64,000 bases of DNA from a virus: positions 15,785-79,784 of IMG/VR virus record IMGVR_UViG_3300025711_000007; one strand, written 5' to 3'. The notes beneath the pieces were generated by a model, which saw nothing but the letters and a program-made list of their open reading frames with translations, was not told the origin of the DNA and ran no database searches. Both the position numbers and the translations under genes were made by a program. Positions 63,502-64,000 of the stretch are shown here, piece after piece (position 1 is the first letter of the stretch; each line of letters begins with the position of its first letter).

Positions 63502-64000
63502 TGAAGATCGCGATCTTCAGCGACCTGCACGTCCACGCGTGGTCGGAACACTCTCGGGACGACGCCGGCACCCCGAGCCGGCTCCACCATTGCGTGTCCG
63601 TGCTGCGTAGTGTGCGCGAGCGCTGTGTCGAGCAGGAGATCCCGGTGGTCTTGTTCGGCGGCGACCTCTTCCACAAGCGCGGCGTGCTCTACACGCTCCC
63701 GTACAACCTGGTCGTTGAGGAGCTAGCCGAGTGGCGCCGCGCCGGCTTGCGGCTCCTCGCGAACGTTGGCAACCACGACGCGGCGGACCGCCACGGCAAG
63801 GTCCACGCGCTCCAGGCGATCGAGAGCGCCGGCCTGCTCCAGTCGGTTCCCGGCCGCCTCGACGGGTGGGCAAACTGGCTCATGGCAGATGAAGATGGCG
63901 GCGGGCCAGATGTCGTGGTCACGGCGGTCGCCTACTGTCCAGGGGCCGACGAGCTCAGGCGGAGGGCCGACGCTGCGATCACGGCCCGACCAGACGGGAC
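63501..64000 (+). CDS. SbcD/Mre11-like metallophosphoesterase nuclease (3' truncated by window)
   Basis: MKIAIFSDLH, GGDLFH, GNHD motifs. Confidence 0.88.
   Translation, partial: MKIAIFSDLHVHAWSEHSRDDAGTPSRLHHCVSVLRSVRERCVEQEIPVVLFGGDLFHKRGVLYTLPYNLVVEELAEWRRAGLRLLANVGNHDAADRHGKVHALQAIESAGLLQSVPGRLDGWANWLMADEDGGGPDVVVTAVAYCPGADELRRRADAAITARPDG

Larger units (their letters stand above)
1..64000 (+). mobile_element. Myovirus genome segment (Herelleviridae-like head/tail/replication gene order)
   Basis: Co-oriented, tightly packed portal, protease, capsid, sheath, tube, tape measure, baseplate and replication genes; no host housekeeping region seen. Confidence 0.97.

Overview
The window is a contiguous, GC-rich segment of a tailed dsDNA phage genome with a contractile tail (myovirus). 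All credible genes lie on the + strand, many translationally coupled. Gene order and several protein motifs follow the SPO1/A511/Twort (Herelleviridae-like) plan. It opens with a PAPS-reductase-like + ParB pair, then the head module: portal, large head-associated proteins, MuF, a PI3/4-kinase-like enzyme, prohead protease, scaffold and major capsid. Neck, sheath, tube, chaperones, tape measure (with M23 peptidase), baseplate and fibre genes follow to about 46.9 kb. A replication/recombination module completes the window: SF2 helicase, UDG-like protein, DnaB-like helicase, primase, intein-containing family A polymerase, UvsY-like protein, gp32-like SSB, RecA and SbcD-like nuclease. No terminase, integrase, tRNA, rRNA or CRISPR array was recognised. 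The most notable observations are: (1) head-module proteins punctuated by hydrophobic-x-K-[S/A/G] motifs matching the capsid maturation site, with module and GC boundaries coinciding, suggesting protease-processed cargo polyproteins; (2) a PolA with a remodelled nucleotide-binding pocket (steric-gate Glu to His, plus Arg754 and Tyr766 equivalents changed) carrying an Asp-terminated intein; (3) a neck adaptor fused to a glycoside hydrolase flanked by exact in-frame 86-bp repeats; (4) a candidate +1 frameshift, leaderless promoters with a shared palindromic operator, and DnaA boxes. All calls come from reading motifs by eye; no database searches were run.
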